A DNA stretch of 63,973 bases, filler included, from Octopus bimaculoides (lineage: Eukaryota): the NCBI RefSeq assembly GCF_001194135.2. It is 7 parts of 6 records of this genome, joined end to end, with 100 filler letters (N's around TTAATTAATTAA, not from the genome) between each part and the next. Parts side by side here need not be neighbours in the genome. Positions count along the whole stretch, not along the records: positions 23,703 to 34,722 come from NC_068982.1; positions 34,823 to 56,010 come from NC_068999.1; 5 more parts are not named here. One strand, given 5' to 3'. Position 1 is the first letter of the stretch. Each line of letters begins with the position of its first letter. The notes below the pieces were generated by a model, which searched no databases, was not told the origin of the DNA, and saw only the letters and a program-made list of their open reading frames with translations. Position numbers and translations under genes: made by a program. Below are positions 24,179 to 38,853 of this stretch, in pieces.

Positions 24179-24722
24179 TTTCCTTAAGATGTGCGCTATG
24201 CCCAATAAGGCTGCTTTTTGCAAGACATCAATCTTGCATGGGATTTCTAGTTGCCTTAAGAAGTTTTGAAGTTTCAATGGGCTTGAGCCCAACGCTCCAA
24301 TCACCACTGGTATCACTTTTACATTACTTTCTCGCATTCCATACAGTCTTGCTATTTCCACTTTTAATTCGGAGTGCTTGGTGATTTTGTCAACCTCTTT
24401 ACACACAACATTCATGTCATTTGGTATGGCTACATCAATGATCTGACAGTATTCGTCTCTCTTATTCAATATGGCAATATCCGGCCGATGGTGTTCGATA
24501 CACGATCCGTCTGAAAATCATACTCCCAGAGTATCGTTACTTTTCCATCCTCCTGCATAACTTTACTTTATGCTCATACCAGTTCTCTGTTACTTCATAT
24601 TGGTATTTACGGCATAAGAGCCAATGAAGGTACACACACACTTTATCGTGGCGGCACTTGTATTCTTTTTGTGCAAGTCTCTCACATCCACTTACCAAAT
24701 GGGTCACATTTTCCACTCTTTA
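24178..24722 (-). mobile_element. Second, divergent R4/Dong-like element (end of CCHC region + RLE domain)
   Basis: Translates ENVTHLVSGCERLAQKEYKCRHDKV, VTILWEYDFQTD, HRPDIAILNKRDEYCQIIDVAIPND and VIPVVIGALG...LQKAALLGIAHILRKVL, with frameshifts. Confidence 0.85.
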
Positions 24723-24890
24723 GTCTGTCTTAACTTTCTGAGTTCAAATTCCTAGAATGTGGACTTTGCCTTTCATCCTTCCGGAGTCGATAAAATAATT
24801 ACCAGTTGACCACTGTGGTCGATATCATCGACTCACCCCTTTCCGCCGAAAGTGTTGGAATTGTGCCAAAGTTTTGAAGTCAATATACTA
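24722..24890 (+). mobile_element. SINE (CCTTTCATCC...GTCGATAAAATAA.TACCAG core)
   Basis: B-box-like GAGTTCAAATTCC; the core is shared with 14200-14395 and 44600-44740. Confidence 0.65.
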
Positions 24891-27800
24891 TTCATAGTTC
24901 AGACAGAGCGCTAAAGTTAGAAAAAAAGACAAAAACAGCATGTCTTATCTAAGCGTTTAAGCATGCAGGCGAGTGAGTTTTTCTACCAGTCAGCAATAAC
25001 ACTATCAATGATGTCTGAGCTGTATTGAAATATTCGTTATAAATGGCCCGAATAGAGCGTTTCACTCTGAAACCACAAGCCTAATCTTCTCTTTGATCAC
25101 GTTTTGATGCTATATTCCATATACGCACATCTATGCTCGCATTAGCCTTTATAGCCAGTGTGAGAAGTTTAGTCTTATGTCGCATATGTATGCAGAAAAA
25201 CTGGTGAATGGATTTTTCCTCGATGTACTGTGGTTGTGTTTTCGTGCTGTTTTAAGGTATTTTAAGATCTTTGTTGGCAAAACTAGTATGTTTGACATTA
25301 GGTGCCAACATTTTCTTTTTTTTCTAATGAGTAGGTCTTTTTAATGTGGCCTGGCTATTAATAACCCTCTGTTATTTGTTATATTGAAACGGGGATGGTA
25401 ATGTACAACTTAGAAAGTTTTAATAAAATATAAAATTAGATCACTTTTTTTCCTTATTCAAAATTCCGACATTACTTATGAGGTGACCTGTTACTTCCAA
25501 GAGGGTTAGCGTTGATAAAAATGGTGGCTATTAGATATACAAGTCGAAGTATATTGTGGTGTATGGGAAGTTAATTTCGTTAACTAGATTTGAGCCTCAT
25601 ATTTCTATCTCCGCATACCGTTATCTCCATTTTTGCGAAATATTAGAAATACAGGAGTAAATCTGACACCATATTTAGTCCGGTTGTCTGTAGTTTCTGT
25701 ATACTTACCCTACATCCAGTTAGAGAAAAAGGGAAGAAAGATACTGTGACGTACTCGTTTTAATTTAGCCAATAAGTGATATGCAATTTCAACTAAGAAT
25801 GAAATCCAAGATTCAGTATCAAGAGTGCGCGCCATTTTCAGATAGTATTGCAGTGTCCCAATTAGTATAAATTAACATCGATGAGTAGAGAACGGAAATC
25901 GTATATATGCCTTAATATGCCAAAAGCATATAACTTCTTTCAGAGAGTTTGTCACTGTAAGTATATATCGGCAAACAATTAAGTAGGTTTGCGAAACAGC
26001 GAAATACGCGTCTTACATGTTAGGTAATCGTTGCTTTTTTTTTACGATTGATTGCAGGAACATATTTAGATTCCTTACTTCGATATTGTGCAACATTTCT
26101 GTGACCTTTCTCAACACTTTACAATTATCATCACCAATTATCTTGCGATTGTTTCTTATCGATTTTCTTTACATTCAACATGATGTGTTAGTGCTTTGAC
26201 CTAAATTACAAATTTGTTTTTGTTATCTATCTAACGCGACACACTAAGAATTTCGAAGGTGTGACACATTAATTTTATTGTTTTACAAAGCAATTTCACT
26301 CCTCTTATAAATTTCTCTAGCTCTATTCTTCTGTTGCAGATGAGATAACTAAGTGATGCTCGGATTCCGCACTAAATTTATTATAAATATCATGTTTATC
26401 TTTTAATTTGGAATTTTAACTGAAGCGTATATTTTATTTAATTTCATACTAATTTTCAAATGAGTAAACAAAACATTTTCATCCAACTTTAAATTGATTA
26501 AATAAGATACAACACATGCTTAGCGCGCATTTAAATAGTAGAGTTTACAATTCAAATATGACATACGTACTCATATACTGACAGTATTAACCAACTTTTC
26601 GAAAAACTAGAAAACTAGGAGAAAACGTTTTCACCATCTTTACAAAGAGTACATGTTTTTCTTCAGTTTGAAAAACGTGTGGAAAGCAATGTAGAGCGTA
26701 AGGAAGACGTGGCGTTCGTAAAACGCGATATTGCTAGAAGAAGTAGGGCACATAACATTCGAAAAACTGCTAGACTATTGAGTTGATCGCAGGTTATGTG
26801 TAGTTAGGACTTCTGTATGCAGAAAAACCATTACCAGGAAACATATTTTTGTTAAGATTGTTATTAAGTAATCAAGCACGCGGTGAATTGGTCGAGTGAA
26901 GTACTTGGCTCTATTTATTCCAGGACTCTGAATACAGATTCCTCTGAGAACAACTTAACCTTTTACCTTTCTAGGTCTGATAAATAAACTACTTCTTGAT
27001 TGACAGAAACGTTAGAGCATTTGAGGAGTAGATACTTTGCATTATTTGTTCTGATTCTTTGCGTCGCGATTTGAAATCGTTCTGTTGTCAAATCGGGTGG
27101 TACAGGTAATCTGTTACCCGATTTAACAACATTCTTCTATGATTTTTTTTATTTAGCATTAACTTTGTTGCAAGCATTAAGACCGGGCTTGTGACATGCA
27201 TATAGCTTGCTCTCTCTCACCAACTTCAAAGGCAATGTAAAGGGGTCGTTGTCACTGTTCTTCCCTTGTGCCTGAAGCATTAAAAATGAGTCGTATGAAA
27301 ACAAGAAATCACTTGAAAGAAATCTCCTTTGATGTTAGATACAAAGGAATCCCGCCCTTCCCAAATCCACCCCTAAATCATGAGACACTAGATTAATGGC
27401 ACTCTTAGGGATTTCTTAACATATTACGGTCATATATTGGAACAACAATGCAGATGTCATCGATATACAGTGATTCTATGTCAAACCTCCCCCCAAGAGC
27501 TCCCTCCATTCCAATCTTACACATATGAGAACCCCACCACCCAGTTACTGCTAAAGGAAAGTCATGATAATTTAATTACATATTTCGTATTGGTATTAAT
27601 TTATCCTGCAACATGACGATTTATTCTAATATTCCACAAGTTTCTTTTCTTTTTCTTTTTTGTCTCTTTCCTTCGAAGAAGTTTACACTCCTCATCTCAT
27701 AGTGTGTGAAAAAATACGCAGTATTGATGTCATATCTGCATCAGAATTTTAGAAGTAGTCATGGATTCTTAATTGTTGCTTTTTTTATTTTACTATTTTC

Positions 27801-28606
27801 GGCTGATTCCTTTTACCCTCAAAGTTTCTTTGTGTTTGTGGTCCGTACAGTTGATTTCTCGTTGATCTGGTTGCTACTGTTGAAAATGAAAGTGGACGAC
27901 AATCTTTTCTTTTCTCATTTTCGTTTTTGTTGTCATTCTTGTTTTATATTGCTATCACTATTAGGGTAATTGACTGGCGGAACTGCTACAACGTTGTAAA
28001 GAATGCATTGCATTTTATTTGACTTTATATAAATTTTCAAGTAATTTTTTCAATCAGCTTGAATAAAATACAACATATGTTTAACACACCTTTATCTAAT
28101 AGATTCTAAAAGTCAAATATAGGATCTATATTCATGTATGGATTTATTCTGGCCTTTTACGTACCAAATTCCACTCTCTTTGAGATTACTTTGCCTTTGT
28201 CTCTTCGGTCAAGTAACACATCTGTCAAGTACTGCTGTAGACATATTCAACTATGCCCTTCAGCTAAATTTCACGTTTTGGGCCTATGTTAGAAGCAATA
28301 GTGCTGATATTATTAAAGATGTTAGCGGCGGAGCTACCCTTGTTACTGATATATTGATTGTTAGACAAGTTCTTAGTGTTGTTAATCTTACGACTGTTAT
28401 TGCTATTTTAATAGCTATAATGACAATACAGGTAAGGCACTAGCAGCAATGATGTTGAAGTGAATGTTATCAATAGTTGCCATGGAAAGATTATTCGTGG
28501 CAACCTTATATAGAAGTGGTGGCATTGTTTATTATGCTATTCATGGATCTAGATTTGTGTTCAGCTCTTGGTGATGGTTTTTGTAGTTGTTGTTGTTGTT
28601 GTTGTT

Positions 28607-28728
<122 letters not shown>

Positions 28729-29279
28729 TATTGCTGTTTATTTTTTTCTGCTGCTATTTAGACTAAAGTCGATCATGTGATCAAGTAAACCAATGATCGA
28801 TCGAGGAGACCTATAATTAAAAGTATTCTCCCCATATTCATCTCACCTTATTTTTAGAGATATAGTGTATCTAAGATTACATTATTGAATGTGTCCTTTC
28901 CCCTTTTTTTTTAAATGACAGTCTGCTTGTTGTTGCTGTGATTTTCAATGGTAGTCGCGATTAATAACTGTGATGGTAAAAATAGAAATCGTGATGGTGT
29001 TTCATAGTGGCGACTAGAAAGATGTTATTAATAATAAAGGCGGTAGTAGTGATTGTTGTTCTTTAGCCCCAGGTCATTCCTTGAGAAGGCCTATGATCAA
29101 AGGCTCCCCATTCTTGATCATGTATTTGATTTCCAGACATAACGTATTTAGAAACACATTAGCCAGTTTGATCTTCCTTTTTTTGTTATAAGAATTTTGG
29201 TTATGAAGCAGCGGGGATGAGACTGTTGTATCTAACAGGTCAAAAGACCTCGTATAAGGTCCCTAATTGTTAGTAGTCT

Positions 29280-29900
29280 TGATTGTGATCACATAATAGT
29301 AGAGACTGTAATGGTTGCGTTGTTGTTGGTGGTAACGGTCATAATAAAGGTAATAATAATGATGGCGGAGCTGTTCAATATAATAATGGTATTGTTGTTC
29401 TTGGTTGTGGAATTGGTGATAGCTTTGATGACGCAGATGGAAAATGCAGTGACGTTTCCTTCGTTAGATGTAGCTGATATCAATAATGGAAGCCGCGCTT
29501 GCTGAGGGCAGTACCACCACCGTCAGCATTTCGCAGCGGCGAAGTACAGACAGTGGCGATGGGAGTGATGGTAGTGGTTATGGTCTTAATAATGACAGTA
29601 ATAACCGTCCTGCGGTAGGATTTCTGAAAGTAGTTATGATGATGATAAGTGCGAAGGTAATGAAGTAATTGCTGGTAGTAGCAATAAAAGTGCAAGAGCG
29701 AGACAATAGAGAGTACGATTGTATTATGAAGTTGGTGGTGGAGACGGTGGTGCGAAACTAAGAAAGTGCAGGGAATGATCATACTAAATTGAGAAGTTTG
29801 GGTGATGTTCATAGCAATATATAGTATCTGTTGTTGTTAGGAGCTGTGGTAGCGATGGTGGTGGTTGTAAACATTATGATGGTGTTTTGGAATAGTCGTG
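29280..29900. repeat. Degenerate (GGT/GAT/AAT) triplet low-complexity tract
   Basis: Seen directly; the ORFs here are compositional. Confidence 0.7.
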
Positions 29901-30139
29901 GATGTGATTGGGGTTGAATGCGTATAGAATTCATTTGCTTTTCATCCTTGAAATTTCGCTGAAAACATTTTGTAGATAGGATGTCTTTGCTGTTTAGCTA
30001 GAAATATTGATGATCGCTCATTACCGCAAATAGACATAACTATAAATATAAACACGTATACACACACGCACATACACAATACACACACACATATATATAC
30101 GCATACATATGTGCATATGTATCTGTGTGTGTCTGCATA

Positions 30140-30210
<71 letters not shown>

Positions 30211-32399
30211 GTCTCTCATTCTCTCTCTATCAGTATATCTATCTATCAATGTGCATATATATACATGTGTGTGCACGTGTGTATGTATGTATGTGTGTGT
30301 GTGCGTGTGTGTGTAAAAAATGAGTGTATAGATACATATGTATACATATACATACACGTACATGCATACGTACATATGCATACACGTGCGTGGGCGTGCA
30401 CACACGCAGACCCCCCCCCCCACACACACATACATATAGATATATGTACACTCGCTTGCATATCTACCGAATGAAGTCAAACGAAACAGATTGATAACGT
30501 TTATATGAATCACAAATCGAATCAAACATTTACTCATTAGTTATACTTGACCGTACCTTAAGATCGATCTGCCAATTCTTTGCACGGAGAGCATTTTTTG
30601 GAGTAAATAACTTTTTGTATGTACAGCAATATTAGTCATTCAATTAGGCTTCTTCCAGAAAACCAAATATATTTAAAGGGAACAATAACATAGAAAGGAA
30701 TAACAAAAAACATTATAATATAAAAATAAATATCAATGAAATTAGCTTTAATCTTCCATTCTAATTAATTTTTTTCACAAACTGTAACAGTTCTTTTCGG
30801 TATTTACTGGACTTGAACCTAGAACTAATTCTTCAACCATTTGCTCCGGCTAATTAATTATAATTTGATCGGTTTCTTGACTGTCTGATTTTCTGAACAT
30901 TTTACAGTTCGATGGTCACTGGAACAATGTAGCATTTTCATTTGTTTATTTTGTTACATTTTTCACCTTTTACTAGGTATTGTAGAGTCCGGTTGATATA
31001 TTTTTAGGCCTTCACTTTTTAAGGAAGAGGTTATATTTAGATCTGTCTCAGTAAGAACATGTAGGTAGTTTTCTGACATGTTGAAAATAACAGAATAACA
31101 ATTCGATAACACTCAACGGTCTTGAGAAATGAATCCCCAAATTGGCTAATGTATACTAATATCTTTAAAATGAAAGGATGACACTACATGCAAAATTTTG
31201 ATGAAAATTCTGTCGATCCAGACTCTTGTTGGTATGAGCAGTAGCTGTAACAAAACACTAGTCAATTACACAGCGTCATTAATTTAACTATAACCATGCT
31301 GAACCATACTATAACCATGAGAATAATTCAATTTTAAACCTTTAAATCGTTCGAAGACATCTACGGCGATACTTAGGGATTTCATCAATAAGCATGTAGA
31401 AGTAAAACGATACTATATCGTTAGTCCAATACTATATCAGTAAATACACTATTGGACTACTTACTCATTAATCCTATAGCTATCTAACAGCTAATTGTAA
31501 AGTAACAAACGTACTAACTTGCAACCAATAACAGTATAATCCAAAATCTATATTAAAAGACTACTTTGACCTGCACTGCAAAGCTGTAAATTACGCGCCG
31601 TGTCTGTGGTAAATTTATATATAGCTTATTACAAGTTACATGTTTGTGATAAAATGCCTTTGTCTGCATGGGTATTAATATTAATAGTCGTATTTCTCTG
31701 GTTATTTGAAGTGTCTATACTTGCGCGTATTCGAAATCATATCATGTGTGCTTTACGTCAGGGTATTAAGCGATGCTCTAGTAACACATAAAGAATATAC
31801 TGAAAGGTGTATTGAATAGTGCGTGTATATGTGAGTATTCGTGTGTGCGTATGTATATATATATTAAACAATATATATAGATTCAAGGAATTCCCAGAAA
31901 ATATACATACATAAACACTCATGCACACACTCCCAGAGATGCACGCACACACACACAGATGCAGGCACGCCCACACAGGTACATGCACACACACGCACAC
32001 ACACGCACACACACGCATACACGCTCGCGCACGCTCACACATATCTATATCTATGTTTGTGGCGGAAGTCAACTCTTGTTCGTTCATAATCACTTCTGTA
32101 CTACTGACACGTATGCCTATAACAGATTTGTTAGCTTTTCTGCTATGAGCACTTAATACAGCATCCAATTCTATGCTTGTTTTAAGTCTTCTGTTTAAAA
32201 TGGATCATACGATTCAGTCAAGAGCGGCTTCACGCAATGTATTCATCGGAAAAGGATATTCAGTTAGCTAGTTCATATGGACACCTTTGAACATAAAAGA
32301 CAGTAATGCACAAATGATATAACTGAAACTATGTGTATGAGCATGCCACGTTGCTTTCCTCATAAATCACCTTTGAAGATTTTTGAAAGAGTGGTACGA

Positions 32400-33160
32400 T
32401 TCTCACAGGAGTGTGATGATAACGCTGGATTCTCTACTGTACAGAATTGATCTGCTGCAGTTTTGGGGCACACGCTCTAGTATTTGATGGGCATTTCGAC
32501 TTTTCCCAAACAGCAAACCGCTCCAACTGCTTACAGACTGTCATTCATTTCAGTTCATTGCAAAATATTTCCAATTGTATGGCTTAAAGTTCTCTTCTAT
32601 AATGTGAAGAAACATCTTTTTGGAGTGTAATGGAGGCGCACACATAGAAGTAATTACTATCAGGTTATTGCTTCAGATGTTTGAAAATATTATACCGGAT
32701 GATATGATCAGCCTACATGAGATATGATACTTGAGGAAGTGCGCTTCCATACTGTGAGACAGCCTGCTTCTTCCGGCATTTGTATGTCCTGTGTAAAAGA
32801 GTTCCTGATGATATTTAAGATACTTCTTAAAGCCATCTGGTGACATCTACTCTGTAGTTTGATATATCTTCGATATGAAGTCCTTGTCTTATGAAGAGTG
32901 TAGCTGGGGGAAGTCATGAAGCAAGCATCATAGAAGCAAAGCTTAGAAGAAAATATCAAATCCCAGCTGGCCAAATTTGTTTCTTTAGTGACGGACATAT
33001 AACGAAAGCTTTGTTAATTTTCAAGCTGTTGTTTGGACTTCTGCAGGTGTATGCAACACGCACAATAGAGATGAACGGACTGTTTTGGATGAGAGATGAA
33101 TTCATATTCTGTAAAACAAGAGCAGCTATGGACGTTTTCATTTCGGAGTGACTAATCACT
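32400..33160 (-). mobile_element. Highly degraded RTE-like LINE C-terminal region
   Basis: RRYIKLQSRCHQMALRSILNI...EAGC and MEAHFLKYH...ADHIIR resemble the RTE post-RT consensus also seen at 15130-15590. Boundaries are approximate. Confidence 0.55.
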
Positions 33161-33469
33161 TAAACCAGCGGTTTCAAATGAGCTGGCGGCTCAAACAATT
33201 TGACTTTTAAATGTGTGTCATTCAGCAAGTAAACTTATTTTATATGTCAAAAATGTTACAGTGTTTTTCAAATTCTATCGCCTGCTGTGCTAAAAAAAAA
33301 TAATAAAATAAAAGAGAAGCAAATCTTTGAACAGTAATTTTCATACTTAAGTCTTGTTTTTCAAAATCAGTTAAAAATCAAAATTTATAGAACACATTTT
33401 AAGTCGGCAGGATACAATTAATGCAACGTGAGTTAACCACGTACATACATATATACATTCATACATGCA

Positions 33470-33571
<102 letters not shown>

Positions 33572-34357
33572 ACTACAAAGACATTGAGGGATATAGACAG
33601 ATATTTAGAAAGAGATATAAATATACATATGGGGAAGTAAACCGAAACTTCGAAGTCTCTGTCAGCTTTTACCCCCCCCCCCCCAAATAATTATATTAAG
33701 ATACGTAAAACTGCGTGTGTGCGTAGGATGCATGAATTTTTCTATGTGCGCGTACATTTTTATGTGTGCGTGTGTGTGCGTAAGGTTGCTTAAGTTTAAA
33801 AGACGGTCTGTGTGTACAAGCATACGCAACCTGCGTGTCAAGTTTGTTATGGGGTTTTTGTGCTGAAAGGTGAATATGACTATGCATGTATGCATGATTT
33901 GAATATCCACGGCTTTTGCTGGCATGGAGCTATACTCTCATGGTAGATTACTTTAGCCGCTAATGAAGCATCGATAAATATCGTTCTCTGTTGGGTGCAC
34001 CAAAGAAGTAAAGAATAAAAAAACAACAGTTTGCGAATGCTTATATCCACAGACCATCATTTAAACTTAAACAACCTTACGCAGATACACGCACACATAG
34101 AAGAATTCACGCATCCCATGCACATACACACACAGGCGCGCGGTTTTATGTGAAAATACAACAGCGTCAAAGCTTTACATACACATTCAGATATAAAATG
34201 ACACACACACGCACACACAGACACACATATACGCATATATATATATATGCATATATATGTGCATATGTATGCTATATATGTGAATATATATCCGTGTCTA
34301 TATATGCATACATATATTTATATATATACATATATAGATGTATATAAATGCATGTAT

Positions 34358-34450
<93 letters not shown>

Positions 34451-34569
34451 CACACATATGTATGTACATGTTCATTTACTGATATATATGCAGAAAATAT
34501 GTCTCCCACTAGTTACTGAGGTTAACTTTCCTCATACGCAAATATACACATACACACGCATATATGCCG

Positions 34570-34570
<1 letters not shown>

Positions 34571-34649
<79 letters not shown>

Positions 34650-34684
34650 TTGTCTATCTATCTATCTATCTATCTATCTATTTG

Positions 34685-34722
<38 letters not shown>
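34571..34722. repeat. (TCTA)n microsatellite (also at 33500-33570, 30175-30210 and as (GATA)n at 16754-16810)
   Basis: Seen directly. Confidence 0.95.
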
Positions 34723-34822
34723 NNNNNNNNNNNNNNNNNNNNNNNNNNNNNNNNNNNNNNNNNNNNTTAATTAATTAANNNNNNNNNNNNNNNNNNNNNN
34801 NNNNNNNNNNNNNNNNNNNNNN
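34723..34822. other. Artificial scaffold spacer
   Basis: N44-TTAATTAATTAA-N44. Confidence 0.95.
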
Positions 34823-36040
34823 CAGGACGTTAGAACAATGAACTACAGACAATGGAACGAACACATAGGAAAACAGATAGCCACTTCGAATTATTCCTTC
34901 ATCAGCTTTCTCTATTCTAACTCGAGGTTTCGAAGATAAGGCAGAACGTACTCTAGAATAGTCTCTTCCTGAGTAGTGGATCAACCCACTAAACAGAGGA
35001 TTCCAAGGTGGCAGACACAAACCAAGACAGGAAAAATTGGACAGTGAAAACAACATTAAAAAGCCGTACGGCCAAACGCGAATCTGATGTAGAACGCTAG
35101 CAGTTCGTCTTGCCTTCACAGCGGCTAGAGTGAAAAGAGAGTTGACCACTGGTCACACGAGAGCAGAGAGGATGGTAGAGGGAGGAAGTGGAACAAGGAG
35201 GAAGGGACAAGTGTATAGCAGTGAAGTAGAAGCCAGGACAACAGAAGGGAGCACTATATATACATGAAATTATTAAAATCCTTCCTTTCTCCTTTTTGTT
35301 TTCATCACTGAATTAACTCTCATCATCATCACCGTCATCATCGTAACTCATTGTCGTTGTCGTTACCACCGCCGTTGTCATCGTCTTTTTCGTCGTAATC
35401 GTTAACGTCGTTGTCGTCGTGTCGTCATTATCAACATCATCTTCGTTGACATCGTAGTCGTCGTTGAAGTCGTCTGCCTCAACCATTCAATTAATGCCAT
35501 CACAGTCTTGTTAACCACACAACTTCTCTTAATCTTCATAAAAATACAATAAATGTATTTCACATCGATATAGCAGACATATTTTTCACTTGATCCGATC
35601 AATCATTAAGATGGTTGTCTAAATATGCGTGTTCCAGGTTCCGTGTCACGGTATTATCTTAAGATTAGAACACGACTCGTTTTCCCTCAGCTAATGTTAT
35701 CCACTGTTTACTGTGTTCCTGTAAATTAATAAAAAAGTATAAGAGTGTAGAAATACAACCTCCATAACCTAATAAACTTTGGTACATATGCATTTATGTG
35801 TGTGTGGATAAACGTGCATGAGTGTACGACAGTGTACGATCGGGAGTCATACGTATATGATTGTGTACGTGTACATGAAAGTGTGTATGAGGCACGTGTG
35901 TATATTTGAGTAAGATTATGTGAATTTTACGACAAAATATATGACTTGCAGCATGCAAAAGCATTTATGGTATGCAAAATATTTCAACATAAAACACACA
36001 CATGCATTCAAACATACACATATATGCATTCATGCATATG

Positions 36041-36084
<44 letters not shown>

Positions 36085-36317
36085 ACACACACACACATAC
36101 ATGTACTTATATATAGGTACATATGTATATGTATTTATATATGTATATATGTATAGATGTGTATATATAAGTGTAAATGTAGATATATATATATGAACAC
36201 ATATATATATATATATATATATGTATACATACATGTACACATACATACACACATCTATCCGTCTATATATGCATGCATACATACATACATACATACATAC
36301 GTACGTACATACATACG

Positions 36318-36351
<34 letters not shown>

Positions 36352-37723
36352 CATACATGCATACATACATACGTACGTACATACGTACATACATACATAC
36401 GTACATACATACATACATACATATATACAAATATACATACATACATATATACATGCATACATACAAGCATATACGTATATGCATAAATTAAAGGAAAAGA
36501 CTGCTGCAGTGTTTGTATAATACATTAAAATCGGTCTCCTGCCCCCACCCTATGCAAATACAATCTCCGTATAAAGAACATACAAAACGCCATTTTAATA
36601 GCAAAACTATTTTTGCTAACCACATGACACTCTCCAATGTTTAGATATTTTATGAAAGAGATATGGCGTATATATGGCTACCCAAAACACCGGAAATAAT
36701 ACGAGGTACGCTCAGAGATTAATAGAAAGGTACTTTTGGCAGTATATAATAGAATATATATTTTTTCTCTTTCTTTTCAGATATGTTATTTTCTGTGTCG
36801 AAATATTTGGCACTTTATTTTTCTCCGATGTTTGAGATGAGAGGAAATCGCGAAACTGAAGAATAAACAGTGGATATAAAATTACATGATACACACACAC
36901 ACACATACACACACACATACACACACACACACACAGACACATACACACACACAAATGAGTATGTATAAGTGAATATATATAGGTATGCATATACATATAT
37001 ATGCATACATGCATATATATATATATGTGTGTGTGGAGGGGTGTATATATATGTGTGTAAACATATATGAATGCATCGATATTTATTTGATGTGTGTGTG
37101 TATGTGTGTATATATGCTTGACTATGTGTATGCATGCATTTGTTTAGTGAATTGAATGGCCTGCATCAGTAGACATGGATATTAAAGTGCTAACAAAGAT
37201 ATACAATTTGTCCTGATAGCGTCCTCAAGGAAGACTTTTGTGCAAGAATACATACAAGTTGGAAGAAGCAAAAATGAACTAAAAGAAACGACATCGAAAA
37301 CAACAACAATAACAACCACAGCAACAACAATAGTGGCAGAACAAAACAAATATCAATAATAAAAGAAATATTAGAAATTGAAATACATTGTTGGTGAATT
37401 CTGCCAATACAAGGTGAGTAAATGTTATGCAGATAATACGGTTGGGCATTCAAATACACGCGCGCACGCACGCACACACACACACATACACACACACACA
37501 CACATACACATACATATTCATGTATATGTATGTATATGTGTGTGTGTGTGTGTGTTGTAATTAATCGATATTAATTAATATATGATTTTTTGCCATTTTT
37601 TAAATAATATATATATAAAGAGATCGATAGATAGATGCACCCACGCGAAATGGCATGCAATAATACAAATACAAACGTATAATTATATGTACATATACAT
37701 ATATATATATACATATACATATA

Positions 37724-37809
<86 letters not shown>

Positions 37810-38724
37810 NNNNNNNNNNNNNNNNNNNNNNNNNNNNNNNNNNNNNNNNNNNNNNNNNNNNNNNNNNNNNNNNNNNNNNNNNNNNNNNNNNNNNNNNNNN
37901 NNNNNNNNNNNNNNNNNNNNNNNNNNNNNNNNNNNNNNNNNNNNNNNNNNNNNNNNNNNNNNNNNNNNNNNNNNNNNNNNNNNNNNNNNNNNNNNNNNNN
38001 NNNNNNNNNNNNNNNNNNNNNNNNNNNNNNNNNNNNNNNNNNNNNNNNNNNNNNNNNNNNNNNNNNNNNNNNNNNNNNNNNNNNNNNNNNNNNNNNNNNN
38101 NNNNNNNNNNNNNNNNNNNNNNNNNNNNNNNNNNNNNNNNNNNNNNNNNNNNNNNNNNNNNNNNNNNNNNNNNNNNNNNNNNNNNNNNNNNNNNNNNNNN
38201 NNNNNNNNNNNNNNNNNNNNNNNNNNNNNNNNNNNNNNNNNNNNNNNNNNNNNNNNNNNNNNNNNNNNNNNNNNNNNNNNNNNNNNNNNNNNNNNNNNNN
38301 NNNNNNNNNNNNNNNNNNNNNNATATATATATATATATATATATATAGAAGATATATATATATATAGATAGATAGATACGTATATTGGTGCACATGAGTG
38401 CATACTATGGAGGCTTCTTACAAAAAAAACTGTGATAAAACCAAACACATAAATCAGGAAAAACTAGGTGCTTTCAAAATATATTTGTGAGATTTCTGAA
38501 AGATTCTGACTAATCTCAACTAAACTGCAACATGTTAAGTATGTAACTGAAACAATCTCTAATAGCTCTTCATATATATATTACATATGTATATATTGTT
38601 TAAAAATAAAATATACGAAATAGATTGATTCATTGCTTAAAATGCAGTTGTCTAGTAATACGGGAATAATGAAGCACATCGAATTTTTAATTATTTTCAA
38701 TTAAAAGCAGATAAAATAATACAT

Positions 38725-38810
<86 letters not shown>

Positions 38811-38814
38811 CCAC

Positions 38815-38853
<39 letters not shown>

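Noticed and set aside
25701-25740. Minus-strand polypyrimidine-AG-G-GTAAGT as a recursive splice site or 1-nt exon
   Set aside because: The extra G breaks the AG|GT consensus, the CTAAC is too close to the AG, and no host gene is evident.
34823-35160. Possible LINE C-terminus (DRKNW motif)
   Set aside because: Only one short motif; too degraded to call.
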